A DNA stretch of 64,000 bases, taken from NCBI GenBank assembly GCA_032718475.1, contig JAUCBJ010000998.1, forward strand, positions 37,441 to 101,440. Reading direction: 5' to 3'. The first letter of the stretch is position 1; each line of letters begins with the position of its first letter. Positions 20,347 to 31,662 of this stretch are shown in pieces. A program made the position numbers and the translations under genes. This DNA comes from Nemertoderma westbladi. Lineage: Eukaryota > Animalia > Xenacoelomorpha. Below the pieces are notes generated by a model. That model made no database searches and was not told the DNA's origin. It saw only the letters and a list, made by a program, of their open reading frames with translations.

Positions 20347-22059
20347 TTAGTTTATATCCACAGCATCTAGCTTTATCTTTTTCTGTTCTATTGGAGGATA
20401 GTGAGCTAATTTTCGTTTTACAATTTCCATCGAATATCTTTTAGAGATGTTGGGGGAATCATTAGGGTGAAATAGATTGAGGTGGATCTGCTTGGGGAGG
20501 AAAACTGCATCTTTTAGTGTGCGTTTGAGAAAGTTGATGCAACACTCAACAGCATAGTTTGAAGGTAGGGTTAATTTGTTTGTTGTCTTCAGGCTGACAA
20601 TAATTGTTTCTGATGGTGTATGTTGAATGTGTATAAGGGGGGTGAGATAGTAATGGGAGGAAGTGGATTGTTGAATGAGGTGAAAGTTGGAGAAATCACT
20701 CGCTTTTATATTTAAACCATCGGTAAACTGAAACGTGGTTGATTTCAAATCTTTTTTGATGACAGGCCATATGCCAACATAAGCTTCGCCTTTGAATGAA
20801 TAAATGAAAGCCGCTACTGATTCATATAAATTAAGACACTGGTGATTAGGTAGTTGTAGTTGCTTTGGTTCATAATCACTATTGTTGGCCAATGACTTTA
20901 GTTCAGAGAGTGCTTCTCGGGCGCGATCTGTATTGTCAATAGAGAACATGTAGTCATAGCGTCTGTCAGAAATTTCGAGGGTTTCGCAGCTGTAAGCGGT
21001 ATAAATTTTTATTCGATCTGAAATTAATTCTTCGTGGTTGACTTCATCGTAGCATTCGTATCCTTCAACCGCAGAATCGAACCATGAAATTTTAAGAAGT
21101 TCATTTCTCGTGAGTAAAAGTGCATCTCTTGTGGAAACAATAACTTTGTTTGAATCAACCTCAACTCCGCTCGCGATTGCAATGTTTCTTTTATTATTAA
21201 TATTTGTAATATAACCAAAAGTAGAACTATCGAAAGAAACATAGTTCTCTGGCTCTAAGACAATGTGCGAGATTGGATTGATGTAAGGACGACAAATGTT
21301 TATATAATGTTGTAGTAAAGCAGCCGCAGTGTCTGAAATGGTTAACCAACCCCCATCTACTGTATCTTCTAGTTGTATTAAATCAATAGGTTTCAGTGGG
21401 GGTGTTTTCGAATAACGAACAACTTTAAAATTAAAACCAAAATAATGTGCTTTGCTGTTGTTGTAGAAACAGGTTATTTCATTCAATTGTTCAATAAAAG
21501 TTAGTACATCATATCCAAACAGTTTGAAGAAACGAGATTCATCTTTGAGGGGATGAATCGAGGCGTTCCAAATAATTAAAAGAATTGAGATTGAAATATT
21601 ATGAAAATCAAACAGACACTCATCAACAAAAAAGGAAGCTTTGAGTGTTGACATACCAAGGAGCTTGTTTGCAGATTCTTGTGTTACATTGCTGTGGATA
21701 TATTCAACAACCAGGTGAGGTATTACAAATGTTTCTAACAAGGTTGTCAGATTGAACGTTATATTCGATTCTGATTTGTGCAGTTTGAAACCATGGTTTG
21801 CGGAATGAAATTTATCATTATTTAGAGTTTGATATTGACCATCCTTCAACTCAAAGCAAGATCGTAGAATGAAATGTGCATAATTTGCTGGAATGAGTTG
21901 GGGTTGGTTAGATGAAGTGGTAACCGTCATTGGAAAGCGTTTGTTCGAAGGATCAAAATATAAACCGAAAGAGTTGTCTGAGAGAGATATTTGATTTTCG
22001 TTGGAAACAATTTTTACTTGAAGGAAGTTGAACTTTTGAAGGAGTTGAGCTTGAGCCAT
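20347..22059 (-). CDS. 570-aa Polinton accessory protein with PC4-like segments and a C-terminal NLS-like motif
   Basis: Intact ORF. AFIYSFKGEAYVGIW...DGLNIKASDFSNF and FGYITNINNKRNIAI...DALLLTRNELLKI resemble the PC4 pattern VSVRDFKGKVLIDIR...KGISLNPEQWSQL. PPIEQKKIKL is NLS-like. The ORF is solid; the function is tentative. Confidence 0.6.
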   Translation of the reverse strand: MAQAQLLQKFNFLQVKIVSNENQISLSDNSFGLYFDPSNKRFPMTVTTSSNQPQLIPANYAHFILRSCFELKDGQYQTLNNDKFHSANHGFKLHKSESNITFNLTTLLETFVIPHLVVEYIHSNVTQESANKLLGMSTLKASFFVDECLFDFHNISISILLIIWNASIHPLKDESRFFKLFGYDVLTFIEQLNEITCFYNNSKAHYFGFNFKVVRYSKTPPLKPIDLIQLEDTVDGGWLTISDTAAALLQHYINICRPYINPISHIVLEPENYVSFDSSTFGYITNINNKRNIAIASGVEVDSNKVIVSTRDALLLTRNELLKISWFDSAVEGYECYDEVNHEELISDRIKIYTAYSCETLEISDRRYDYMFSIDNTDRAREALSELKSLANNSDYEPKQLQLPNHQCLNLYESVAAFIYSFKGEAYVGIWPVIKKDLKSTTFQFTDGLNIKASDFSNFHLIQQSTSSHYYLTPLIHIQHTPSETIIVSLKTTNKLTLPSNYAVECCINFLKRTLKDAVFLPKQIHLNLFHPNDSPNISKRYSMEIVKRKLAHYPPIEQKKIKLDAVDIN

Positions 22060-23149
22060 CTTGAAGAAAATATAATATTATGTATAACAATAAATGTATT
22101 ATAACTTTAAATAAAAAGTAAAATGGTCAATAATATTTTTGTAAGTAAAGTTTAAAGCGTTGGATGGGGGTTTATAAGGGAAAGGGTAACCAATGAAAAT
22201 AAAAGTGAAGCTTGTGGGAACCAATAGAAATAAAAAAGAGAGAGAGAGATGCGCTATTGGATTGAGGGAATAATAAACACATTTCATTGGGTTAATTAAA
22301 AGTAAAACATTAGTTAGGATGGGAAATGGGGTGAATTGAGAAGCGGGGGGTACGCTGGAGAAAAGTGCATGTAATGAATGAGCTGCTGCTGTGGGCTATG
22401 GGTATGTTAATTAATGTTATACTAGAGCATCTGAAATTACTTCAAACAAAAAACAGCAGTATCTACTGTAGATATGGTTGGGAATTAATTTGACACATGG
22501 CGTTTGGGCACTGGCTTTGTTGTTGAGCTAATATGCGCGTGGACTGCTTCGCAACACAATGCGAAAGAATGCAATCTATTGCAAGATCAGATGTTTATTA
22601 TAATTTCTCGGACGAATTGATGTAATAACGAAGCTATAGGTTTGAATAATTTAAACTCTGTGGCAGGCCCCATTCACGCGTTGACGTACAGTATAGGATT
22701 CAAGGGGATTAATCTTGCTATGGCTAATAAGAGCCCAACGACCGCAGATTATTGAGGGGTTGAGCTAGGACCAAGCTGGCCCACTTTATTTTCGTGTGAG
22801 GGTAATTTATGTTTTGGGCCCCGCTCGCATGTTTATATTTAATTCTACCTTTACCTACTGTATGACAAAAATAATACAAATGTACTGTATATTGTATTGT
22901 ATGGTTCCTATTGTATTGTATATTTCATTTGCTGTAGTACAATTTATTCATTGCGCATCCCTATCTGATTGATTTGTATCAAATTAAATTGCCTTTGGCA
23001 ACATTATTTGATACAAATCGATTGATTAAACAATTAATTAATTGTTTAATCGACCAATTAATTAATTGTTTAATTAATTAATGACCTACTTAACACCCAA
23101 GGTGCGAAGTTGGTCTAACTGTCGCCGAAATGGGCAAACCATTACTACT
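22058..23149 (-). repeat. Polinton right terminal inverted repeat (1092 bp)
   Basis: Reverse complement of 7090-8187; ends ATTACTACT followed by the TSD. Confidence 0.95.
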
Positions 23150-23421
23150 TACGTGGGTGGCTACTACATATTATAGTTAAGCATTAGTGGGATTAATGTA
23201 TAATTCGAAATCAATAGAACCCTGCCTATTAACACTTGTAAGGACATCCAGAAACGGAAGGCTAGAGTAGGACTTTTCTAGTGTATATTTAATGGTGGGA
23301 TGGCAACTATTCAAATATTCTAAAAATAGCACCAGTTCGTCCTCCCCATGCGGCCATATCGCCCATCCATCATCATAAAATCTAAACCAACATTTAACAG
23401 ACTAATGGTAGTTCCTAAATT

Positions 23422-24120
23422 TTGACAGTTAACTTTGAAAGTCCTCAGCAAGTCTCTGACCGGATGAGCATAAGCTCAAAGGATGGTATGCTTGAGCATG
23501 TGGACGACCTCTGTGACCTGCGATCATGGATCCGGAAGTCAGGTGAGGACCTTCGTATACGTAAGGGAAAGGCATGGGCAGCCTTGAATACGCTTTCCAG
23601 GATTTTGAAGTCACAGAGAATTAATCGGAAACATAAGGTCCGATTATTTAGAGCAGCAGTAGTTCCAGTACTCCTCTACGGGAGTCCAAGCTGGGCTCTA
23701 ACTGCTGAGGACACCAAATCACTGGATGTCACATTCACAAGAATGCTACGCCGGGTTCATTGCGTCAAGTACAATGCACATATCTCCAACCAGACACTAT
23801 ATAACATTGGAGGTGTCTCATTGGTTCCCCCAAGCTTGACACTAGAACAAAGTCGACTCCGCTTTGCAGGACATTGCTTTCGCCGTGAGGACCAGCCAGT
23901 GCATAATCTTGTACTTTAGCAGCCTCATGGAGTGAATAAGCATGGTGGACAGCCCATGACTTTCTTGAGACGCATCTTAGAGGACACTGGCTTTGAAGAT
24001 GCGGATGATCTAGCAAATGTCATGGGTGATAGGGAGTTGTGGCGGAGCAATTTTGTCGACAAGCCGGCACAGCATTCTTAAAAATGTATCTGCTACGTAG
24101 TATGCCTATCCTAGTAGTAG
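23422..24120 (+). mobile_element. RTE-clade LINE 3' fragment
   Basis: RIRKGKAWAA..K.RLFRA.V.PVLLYGS.SW.LT..RLRFAGHC.R; contains a stop codon; same family as 54610-56365. Confidence 0.85.
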
Positions 24121-24844
24121 TTCCATTAGATTCAAGATGGAAAAATCTGTGCGAAATGACAATATCTGCTAGGAGATTTGGTCCTTGGGGGTCAAAATGT
24201 TAAGCAATTATGTTGGATTTTGCCCCGCGCGGATCTCCCGTAATAAATAAAATCCAACAACGGAATTGTCAAAAACGTAATTCTCATCCGCGGGTCGGCG
24301 ACAAGGTAATTTATTCGTCATAAATTCACCGAAAATACTTCCAATAGATGGATATTACGTTGTTAAAACGATGGCCGTTGGGGACCATCGTAACTAAAAT
24401 ACATAGATAATTGGTTCCATGATAGATAAATTGGCGCCAACTAATCTAGCGAGGTATTGTTAAACAACCTCTGTTACGATTTTCTACAGTGACGAGGCCG
24501 CAAACCTTTCATTGTAAAGTTCCAGTATTCCCCGAATCAAACTCGCAGAGTTACCCATCGATATTGGTAGGGATAGAGGCCCAAATGTTCTTAGTAGCTA
24601 CCGGTGCATCTGTTACATCTATTGTATTTGGATCTAATTTAGGTACCCAATTATATTCCTACGTTCACTCCTAAGGCGCTCCACTCCCCTAAGCACTGTA
24701 GCTGCTACATTCGGTATTACAGTCAGCCAAACCCAGAAAGTATTAAAGGCCACAACTGGTGAGGTTTGTGTCATTAAATTGAATTATATTGGTAATATTT
24801 AGACTGTCACATTTATACATCAGTTAGTCCGAATTGTATTAAAT

Positions 24845-26608
24845 ATGTCTTCGAATACTTTGAGTGACGCTGCCTGGGATTTACTGGATCGTATCATGGC
24901 AGATGAAAGTGATTCTCAGTACGGTGATGAGGAACAAGAGAACATCGTCGCTCCACCAACTGTTAATAACGAAATCGGCAACACAAGCAGCGGTATAAAC
25001 GTTATCAGTTTTAAATCAGAAGCGGGAGCTATTTGCGGTACTTCTGAAGATAAATCTCGAAAGATCAAACAAGAGTTCTGTACAGATGAACAATATTATA
25101 CTAATAATCAAATCGGTAACACAAGCAGCGGTATAAACGTTATCAGTTTTAAATCAGAAACGGGAGATAGTTGTGGTACTTCCGAAGATAAATCTCGAAA
25201 AATCAAACAAGAGTTCTGTACAGATGAACAATATTCTAATAATCAAATCGGCAACACAAACAGCGGTATAAACGTTATCAGTTTTAAATCAGAATCGGAA
25301 TCTATTTGCGGTACTTCCGAAGATAAATCTCGAGTTGTAAGACAAGATTTCTGTATTGGGAAACCATCTCCTTGTGAAGTTATTGCTAAGTCCGTTCTCA
25401 AGTGTAAGCAAATTAATCGCAAAGTAAATTTAAAGAATCGTAAACAATCATTGCATAAAGGTATCAAGTATAATTGTGGGTCATGTGACAAGCCATTTAG
25501 AAACAAACGGAGTATAAAGAGACACGTGGAATCAATTCACAAACGTATCAAGTATAAATGCGTTTATTGCGATAAATTGTTCACATGGAAAGGAAATCTA
25601 AAGAAACACATGGAATCAGTACATAAATGTATCAAGTATAATTGCGGTTCTTGTGACAAACAATTTAGTGGCAATGGATATCTAAAGATACACACGGAAT
25701 CAGTTCATAAAGGCATCAAGTATAATTGCGTTTCCTGTGACAAACAATTTACTAGAAAAGGAAATCTAAAGATACACATAGAATCAGTACATAAAGGCAT
25801 TAAGTATAAATGCGGTTCTTGTGAAAAACAATTTAGTGACAAAGCATATCTGAAAATACACATAGAATCAGTACATAAAGGCATCAAGTATAATTGCGGT
25901 TCTTGTGACAAACAATTCATTGGGAAACAGAGTCTGAAGAAACACATGGAATCAGTACATAAAGGCATCAAGTATAATTGCGGTTCCTGTGACAAACAAT
26001 TTACTAGAAAAGTACATCTAAAGACTCACACGGAATCAGTACATAAAGGCATCAAGTATAATTGCGGTTCTTGTGAAAAACAATTTAGTTACAAAGGAGT
26101 TCTAAAGAAACACATGGAATCAGTTCATAAAGGCATCAAGTATAATTGCGGTTCTTGTGAAAAACAATTTAGTGACAAAGCATATCTGAAAATACACATA
26201 GAATCAGTACATAAAGGCATCATGTATAATTGCGGTTCTTGTGAAAAACAATTTAATGACAAAGGATATCTGAAGAAACACACGGAATCAGTACATAAAG
26301 GTATCAAGTATAATTGCGGTTCCTGTGACAAACAATTTAATGACAAAGGACATCTAAAGACTCACACGGAATCAGTACATAAAGGCATCAAGTATAATTG
26401 CGGTTCTTGTGAAAAGCAATTTAGTGTTAAGAGTAATCTAAAGATACACACGGAATCAGTTCATAAAGGCATCAAGTATAATTGCGGTTCCTGTGACAAA
26501 CAATTTACTAGCAAAAGAAATCTAAAGAGACACATGGAATCAGTTCATAAAGGCATCAAGTATAATTGCGGTTCTTGTGACAAACAATTTAGTGACAAAC
26601 GAGTCTGA
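24845..26608 (+). CDS. C2H2 zinc-finger protein, paralogue A (587 aa, 13 complete fingers)
   Basis: 28-aa CxxC-x12-HxxxxH units with KGIKYN linkers, and ~2.5 copies of a 45-aa N-terminal repeat. A frameshift in finger 14 ends the ORF; decayed fingers run to ~26890. Confidence 0.88.
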   Translation: MSSNTLSDAAWDLLDRIMADESDSQYGDEEQENIVAPPTVNNEIGNTSSGINVISFKSEAGAICGTSEDKSRKIKQEFCTDEQYYTNNQIGNTSSGINVISFKSETGDSCGTSEDKSRKIKQEFCTDEQYSNNQIGNTNSGINVISFKSESESICGTSEDKSRVVRQDFCIGKPSPCEVIAKSVLKCKQINRKVNLKNRKQSLHKGIKYNCGSCDKPFRNKRSIKRHVESIHKRIKYKCVYCDKLFTWKGNLKKHMESVHKCIKYNCGSCDKQFSGNGYLKIHTESVHKGIKYNCVSCDKQFTRKGNLKIHIESVHKGIKYKCGSCEKQFSDKAYLKIHIESVHKGIKYNCGSCDKQFIGKQSLKKHMESVHKGIKYNCGSCDKQFTRKVHLKTHTESVHKGIKYNCGSCEKQFSYKGVLKKHMESVHKGIKYNCGSCEKQFSDKAYLKIHIESVHKGIMYNCGSCEKQFNDKGYLKKHTESVHKGIKYNCGSCDKQFNDKGHLKTHTESVHKGIKYNCGSCEKQFSVKSNLKIHTESVHKGIKYNCGSCDKQFTSKRNLKRHMESVHKGIKYNCGSCDKQFSDKRV

Positions 26609-27379
26609 AGAAACACATAGAATCAGTTCATAAAGGCATCAAGTATAATTGCGGTTCCTGTGAAAAACAATATCTAAAGAAACACATGGAATCAGTTCAT
26701 AGAGGTATCAACTATAACTGCGGTTCATGTGACAAACAATTTAGCGTCAAAGGATGTCTAAAGAAACACATGGAATCAGTACATAAAGGTTAATCCGGCA
26801 CTGCAAGTATCATAGCGGTTCTTGTGACAAACAATTGAGTGCCAAAGGGAAAATGAAGACACACAAACACTCAGTTCACAAAGATACCAATTAAGGCTCC
26901 TGGTGGTGGAATCTTTGAATTACCGACTTCAATCCCGTTTTATCAACAGAAATAAACTCCGGTACCGCGTATGTCGGTCTGTTCATCCCTTTACTTACAA
27001 ACTATATATGCGTGCACTTTGTTATCTTAAACTGACAGTATATTATATGATTATTTTCACCATGGGTCGTGAAATAGTTAATCAGATAATTAATTAATAG
27101 TTAATAGCAAATCAGACCACAGGCAGATATTTTGCAAATTCCGACGTCAGCCGCTAAGGGGAGACAATTAATTTTAAAATCTTTGTATAGAGACTTTATA
27201 ATATATACACTAGACTCTATACAATATATACCAGACTATACAATATTGACTATGATAAAATTGATAAAATCGTTATATTAACCTCTAATTTTTGATTGAT
27301 TGATTTTTACTTTATTCCAAATAATAATAATTATATAACACTATAAATGTTACAGCACAAACATATGCATTAAGTTATT

Positions 27380-28440
27380 GTGTTGGACATGGAAAGGGGC
27401 ACAAACATGTACGGTAAGTTATTGTGTTTAACATAGAAAGAGAGCTGGCGAATAGCAAAGCTGCTAGTAAATTGCCAGTGCCCTGAAGAGGGGAGAAAGG
27501 TGGGGGGGGGGGGGGGGGGGGGGGGTGGGTGGTGTCGTTGGTGATTCTGATGGATAATGCAACAAATTGGTTGAGATATTATTATTTTAGATAATTAAAT
27601 ATATGGTTTATATCACTAGCAATGCGGAATAGAAATACGAAGATTAAAATATTTATTGAGGTGTTGAAACTGAGAAATTAAAGGAAAATTGCGAAAAAAA
27701 ACGAACTGAGCGTGAAATTATGTGTTAAAAATAAGGTTAAATAAATTGAATTAATATTTAATCTGTTTATTGTTATGTTATCTGATCGAAAATATGTCTT
27801 TTTAGCTTTTTTACATTGATCGGAAATGATTTTCTGTTCCTAATAGATGAATCCAAGTTGTTCCAAAGATAATGACTGAAGGTCATTCATTACCCAACAG
27901 TTTTATTCAGTTTAATAGATAGGGGTTTAAGGATACTGTTGAAAGTGGTACCCCATAAAGCAATACAATATCGTGCATATGGATAGATAAGTGCATTGAA
28001 GAGTAAGCGCAAAATTCTTAAAGGGAAAGTGTTTCTTAATTTATAGAACATACCGTAAAGTTTAGATATTTTTTTAATTACATGGTTTACGTGTGGTTTA
28101 AGTTAAGGTTGTGATCAATAAAAATTCCTAGGTATTTAGATGTTTTGGCTTCTGTAACGGGTTTGTTTTTAATTGAAACTTTAGGAAGAGATGTACGGTA
28201 TTACTAAAAATTGTGTATTCCGTCTTGTCTAAGTTTAAAGTTAAACGGTTTAGCCAATCCGAGATATTGTCTAAGTTCTTGTTAGTTAGTTCAATCAATG
28301 AGTTTAAGTTCTCGCATGTTTGTAAAAGACGATGATACATTCGGCATGTCGTTGACAGTAAAGGCCCTAAAATGGATCCCTGAGGTAGCGGTACACCTAA
28401 AACTATGTCTAAGAATTCAGAACTACAGCCGTCATAGAAA
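27380..28440 (-). mobile_element. CR1/L2-type LINE remnant
   Basis: GVP..QGSILGPLL, W..NRLTLNLDKTEY.IF and KYLG motifs with indels. Confidence 0.75.
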
Positions 28441-28445
28441 TATAT

Positions 28446-28710
28446 TGTAGGGCGAACGACGAAAGTAAGCGAGCTTAGCATACAGGTACCACTAACTCAA
28501 TCGGTATGTCTGTTGTTCTGTTGTGTCCAATTTTAAACGTTAATAACTCAGCCAAATGTTAATGAATTTTAACCAAACTTGGCAAGTTTGGATAGAGGAT
28601 TTGGCTGAGTTATTAACGTTTAAAATTGAACACAACAGAACAACAGACATACCGATTGAGTTAGTGGTACCTGTATGCTAAGCTCGCTTACTTTCTTGGC
28701 TCGCCCCACA
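28446..28710. mobile_element. Short fold-back copy of the TGTGGGGCGAGCC-terminated element family
   Basis: ~110-bp arms (GAAAGTAAGCGAGCTTAGCATACAGGTACC... and ...GGTACCTGTATGCTAAGCTCGCTTACTTTC). The same terminus occurs at 54425, 59701 and 63057. Confidence 0.75.
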
Positions 28711-30790
28711 ATATTCTGCGAATGAATATAACGACACTAACACGCCATACATATACATTGTATATTATACAATTTTAAACGCAAGCTAATAAACATTAAT
28801 TACTTGTAGCTAAATAGTGGAAGCAAAGTAACGCAATGTTAGTAAATGGAGCAGTTTATATGAATAAATAATTGGTGTGATTTATGAAATAAAGTACTAC
28901 TAGGATCGGCATGCTGCATTACAGCTGCATTTTTAGGAATGCTGTGCCGGCTTGTCGACAAAATTGCACCGCCACAACTCCCTATCACCCATGACATTTG
29001 CTAGATCATCCGCATCTTCAAGGCCAGTGTCCTTTAAGATGCGTCTCAAGAAAGTCATGGGCTGTCCACCATGCTTATTCACTCCATGAGGCTGCCAAAG
29101 CACAAGATTATGCACTGGCTGGTCCTCACGGCGAAAGCAATGTCCTGCAAAGCGGAATCGACTTTGTTTTTGTGTCAAGCTTGGGGAAACCAATGAGACA
29201 CCTCCCATATTATATAGTGTATATCTGGGAGTCTGAATCTGGGAGTACAGACTGTCATTGTATATCCTGTCATATATGTATACCCTGTCATTATTGAGGA
29301 GCTTATCAAAGTCGGCCTTCCAACCATTGAGGCGATCGGCCGGTGATTCGGCCTTAACCTTGGTAAATAAAATAAATGAAATAAAGTAACAGACTGATAG
29401 ACGAACACAAACTCTCCTAAAAAGGTGTGAAGTCTGTTTGGGCTACGTGGTAACTAAGTTGATTGTGCGATTCATTTAGGTCATTGGTGTAATATAGATA
29501 GGCTTGGCTAATTCCCTGTCCAGCTGACGATTGTGTCGAGGATTAGCGCGTACTGGTCCAAGACTCCGAAACGCAACCATATTTTTCACAAATTATTTAT
29601 TTTTGCACTAGTCCTAATTCTTTCCCAGCGACAAAATTATCATATATTTTCTTATAGAATATAGGCTTAGCTTTCGCGCAGTATCTCCAAAAAAGATGCC
29701 AGCCGTTAAATCTACGGATAGTGGTTTCGGTGAAATAGCATCATGATGCAAGAAGGTAATATATCCTAAAGGCCAGTTATATTCGAGAAAGAGGACGTTT
29801 ATGAAGGAACTAACGTACAAGCTACTCCGGTTGCGTTGTCGATGCGACACCCTAGGGAAGATGGATAACAGAGAATAATTACAGCTCAGAAGATCGGTGA
29901 ACAATTAAAGAAGATGATTAATATCGAGGAGAGAGGAGGACCTGAGTCGACAATCCGAGTTACTAGAGATATTGTATCGTTTCCCCGAAAAGCGCGAGGA
30001 GGGTTGGGACACATATTAGCCGAACCAAAAGGGGCGCAGTTTCCTCGTGAGCCTGAATTACCGGCTTCTAGTGCGTTTCACGATGTTCTACCAACGGTCG
30101 AACCGACTCGTCGCGTCGGTTGCGAGGGATCGGGCGTGGTTTTGTCGGTTCAACGATGAGGCGAGTTTGCGAGGAAATAGCTGCACCGTCTCCTAACATT
30201 CGAGGTACAATAGTGGCTCGACCCGAGAGTCCAACCTCAAATCTAAATCGCCCATAAGTCGCTTTCGAGGACGCGGTAGAACTCGATCTAATAAGCGGTA
30301 AGATGAAAGATAATAAACGGACGGAAGACTCTCGAGCCTTCCTTATTGTTGTTTCATTTTTGGACATTGTTGTTCTCGATCGATGTTAACGTATTAGTTG
30401 AAGAGATTAGACCAGAAGGACGAACTCAATAGTCGTCATTCTACAGCCTTTATATTTATAAAATCTTGTAAATAATTATTTGATATTATTTTGGTGAAGG
30501 TTATATTATAGAAAACTCTACTTTATGCAATTTCAATTATTTTGTATATTGTTCGTTGTTTGGAATTCTGAAGATTTATTTGTAAATATTGTATCACGTA
30601 AACTAATGTAAATTTAAATTTGGAAAGTATATTTTGCCGTATGTATGATAGATAGATATACCGTACTGTTATGTACCATGGAAAGCAATTATTTGAATTT
30701 ATGCATTATTAATATGCAATTAATTTATATTTGATAAATTTATATTTGGTGAATTTATTTACTAAATTGCAATATTAGATACATAACGTT
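28585..30790. repeat. Segmental duplicate of ~54290-57785 with internal deletion
   Basis: 28585-29215 matches 54290-54950 and 29315-30775 matches 56315-57785. Contains an RTE 3' end and an unclassified repeat. Confidence 0.88.
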
Positions 30791-31113
30791 GTGTATATTT
30801 AGAATTTATGTAGTAGATTTATTTAGTTTTATATGTACAAATGTTCCATAACTCTCCGTTGTAATTAGTATAATAACTCTGTCTGATATTTAAAGCACAA
30901 TATCTAAAGGAACTGTTGGTATTGCCCGGAAAGTAAACATAGTTTTTGGAGATTATATAGTAGAGATCAATCGAATAATACAAAGTAGCCTACATCATTC
31001 TCGGATATAGAATTCAGTTTCTCACACATAGTGGGTCATACGCCGCGCTAGACTTGCTTCCACTGTGGAAATATTTTGAGCCGGCTGTCAGAAAACACAA
31101 AACACATAAATTA

Positions 31114-31662
31114 ACACGAAGTGGGGACTTCGCGCAGCACGAAGTTGGCGAAGCCTTAGCGAATTGACACTGTTAGGGGGTGGGTCAATTTATGCAAATA
31201 GTTGTCGTTGTCACGTTGGCCCTCTAGCGGCAGACTGGAGAACTGCAGATGGATTCGCCTCCTTTGAAAGTCACAGCTAATGGTCTAATACATATCTGCC
31301 AAGTTTCAGCTTAAACGGATTAAAAGCAAAGAAATGGGAGGGCATTTAATGTTTAGACATGTGGCCCTCTAGCGGGAGACCATTGCACTGATGGTGTCTG
31401 AAAGTCTCTCAAAAATCTCAACTTTTGCTCATATTGATACCTACAAATTTTCAACTTGGCAGCTTTAAATCCGACAAAGTTATTAGCATGTCAAAATCGT
31501 AACGACGACGACGACGACGACGACAACGACGACGACGACGACGACGTCAACGACGACGACGACGACGACGACAACTATTTGCATAAATTGACCCACCCCC
31601 TAACAGTGTCAATTCGCTAAGGCTCTGCCAACTTCGTGCTGCGCGAAGTCCCCACTTCGTGT
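31114..31662. mobile_element. MITE with ~95-bp TIRs and an internal (GAC)n microsatellite
   Basis: ACACGAAGTGGGGACTTCGCGCAGCACGAAGTTGGC... and ...GCCAACTTCGTGCTGCGCGAAGTCCCCACTTCGTGT; (GAC)n at 31502-31575. Confidence 0.88.

Larger units (their letters stand above)
7090..23149 (+). mobile_element. Full-length Polinton/Maverick (adintovirus-like endogenous virus), 16,060 bp
   Basis: 5'-AGTAGT...ACTACT-3' ends, ~1.1-kb TIRs, 6-bp TSD TACGTG (7084-7089 and 23150-23155). Carries pPolB, ATPase, integrase, capsid and protease genes. Confidence 0.97.
4904..23420 (-). mobile_element. Degenerate Penelope-like retroelement (RT C-half plus GIY-YIG) split by two insertions
   Basis: Minus-strand reading: 23400-23156 gives WFRFYDD...LNSCHPTIKYTLE...LPFLDV (RT). 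It continues across the Polinton TSD as SSHPRTIITATARSAVKRA (7089 downward), then NDYPPHII...LVLPFY. Across the hAT TSD it reads ACTPGTKLRQLL...CYTC...RNAVYEIRC...YIGET...RERINRH (GIY-YIG), ending EKFYIKRDRPTLN...stop at 4904. Confidence 0.85.
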
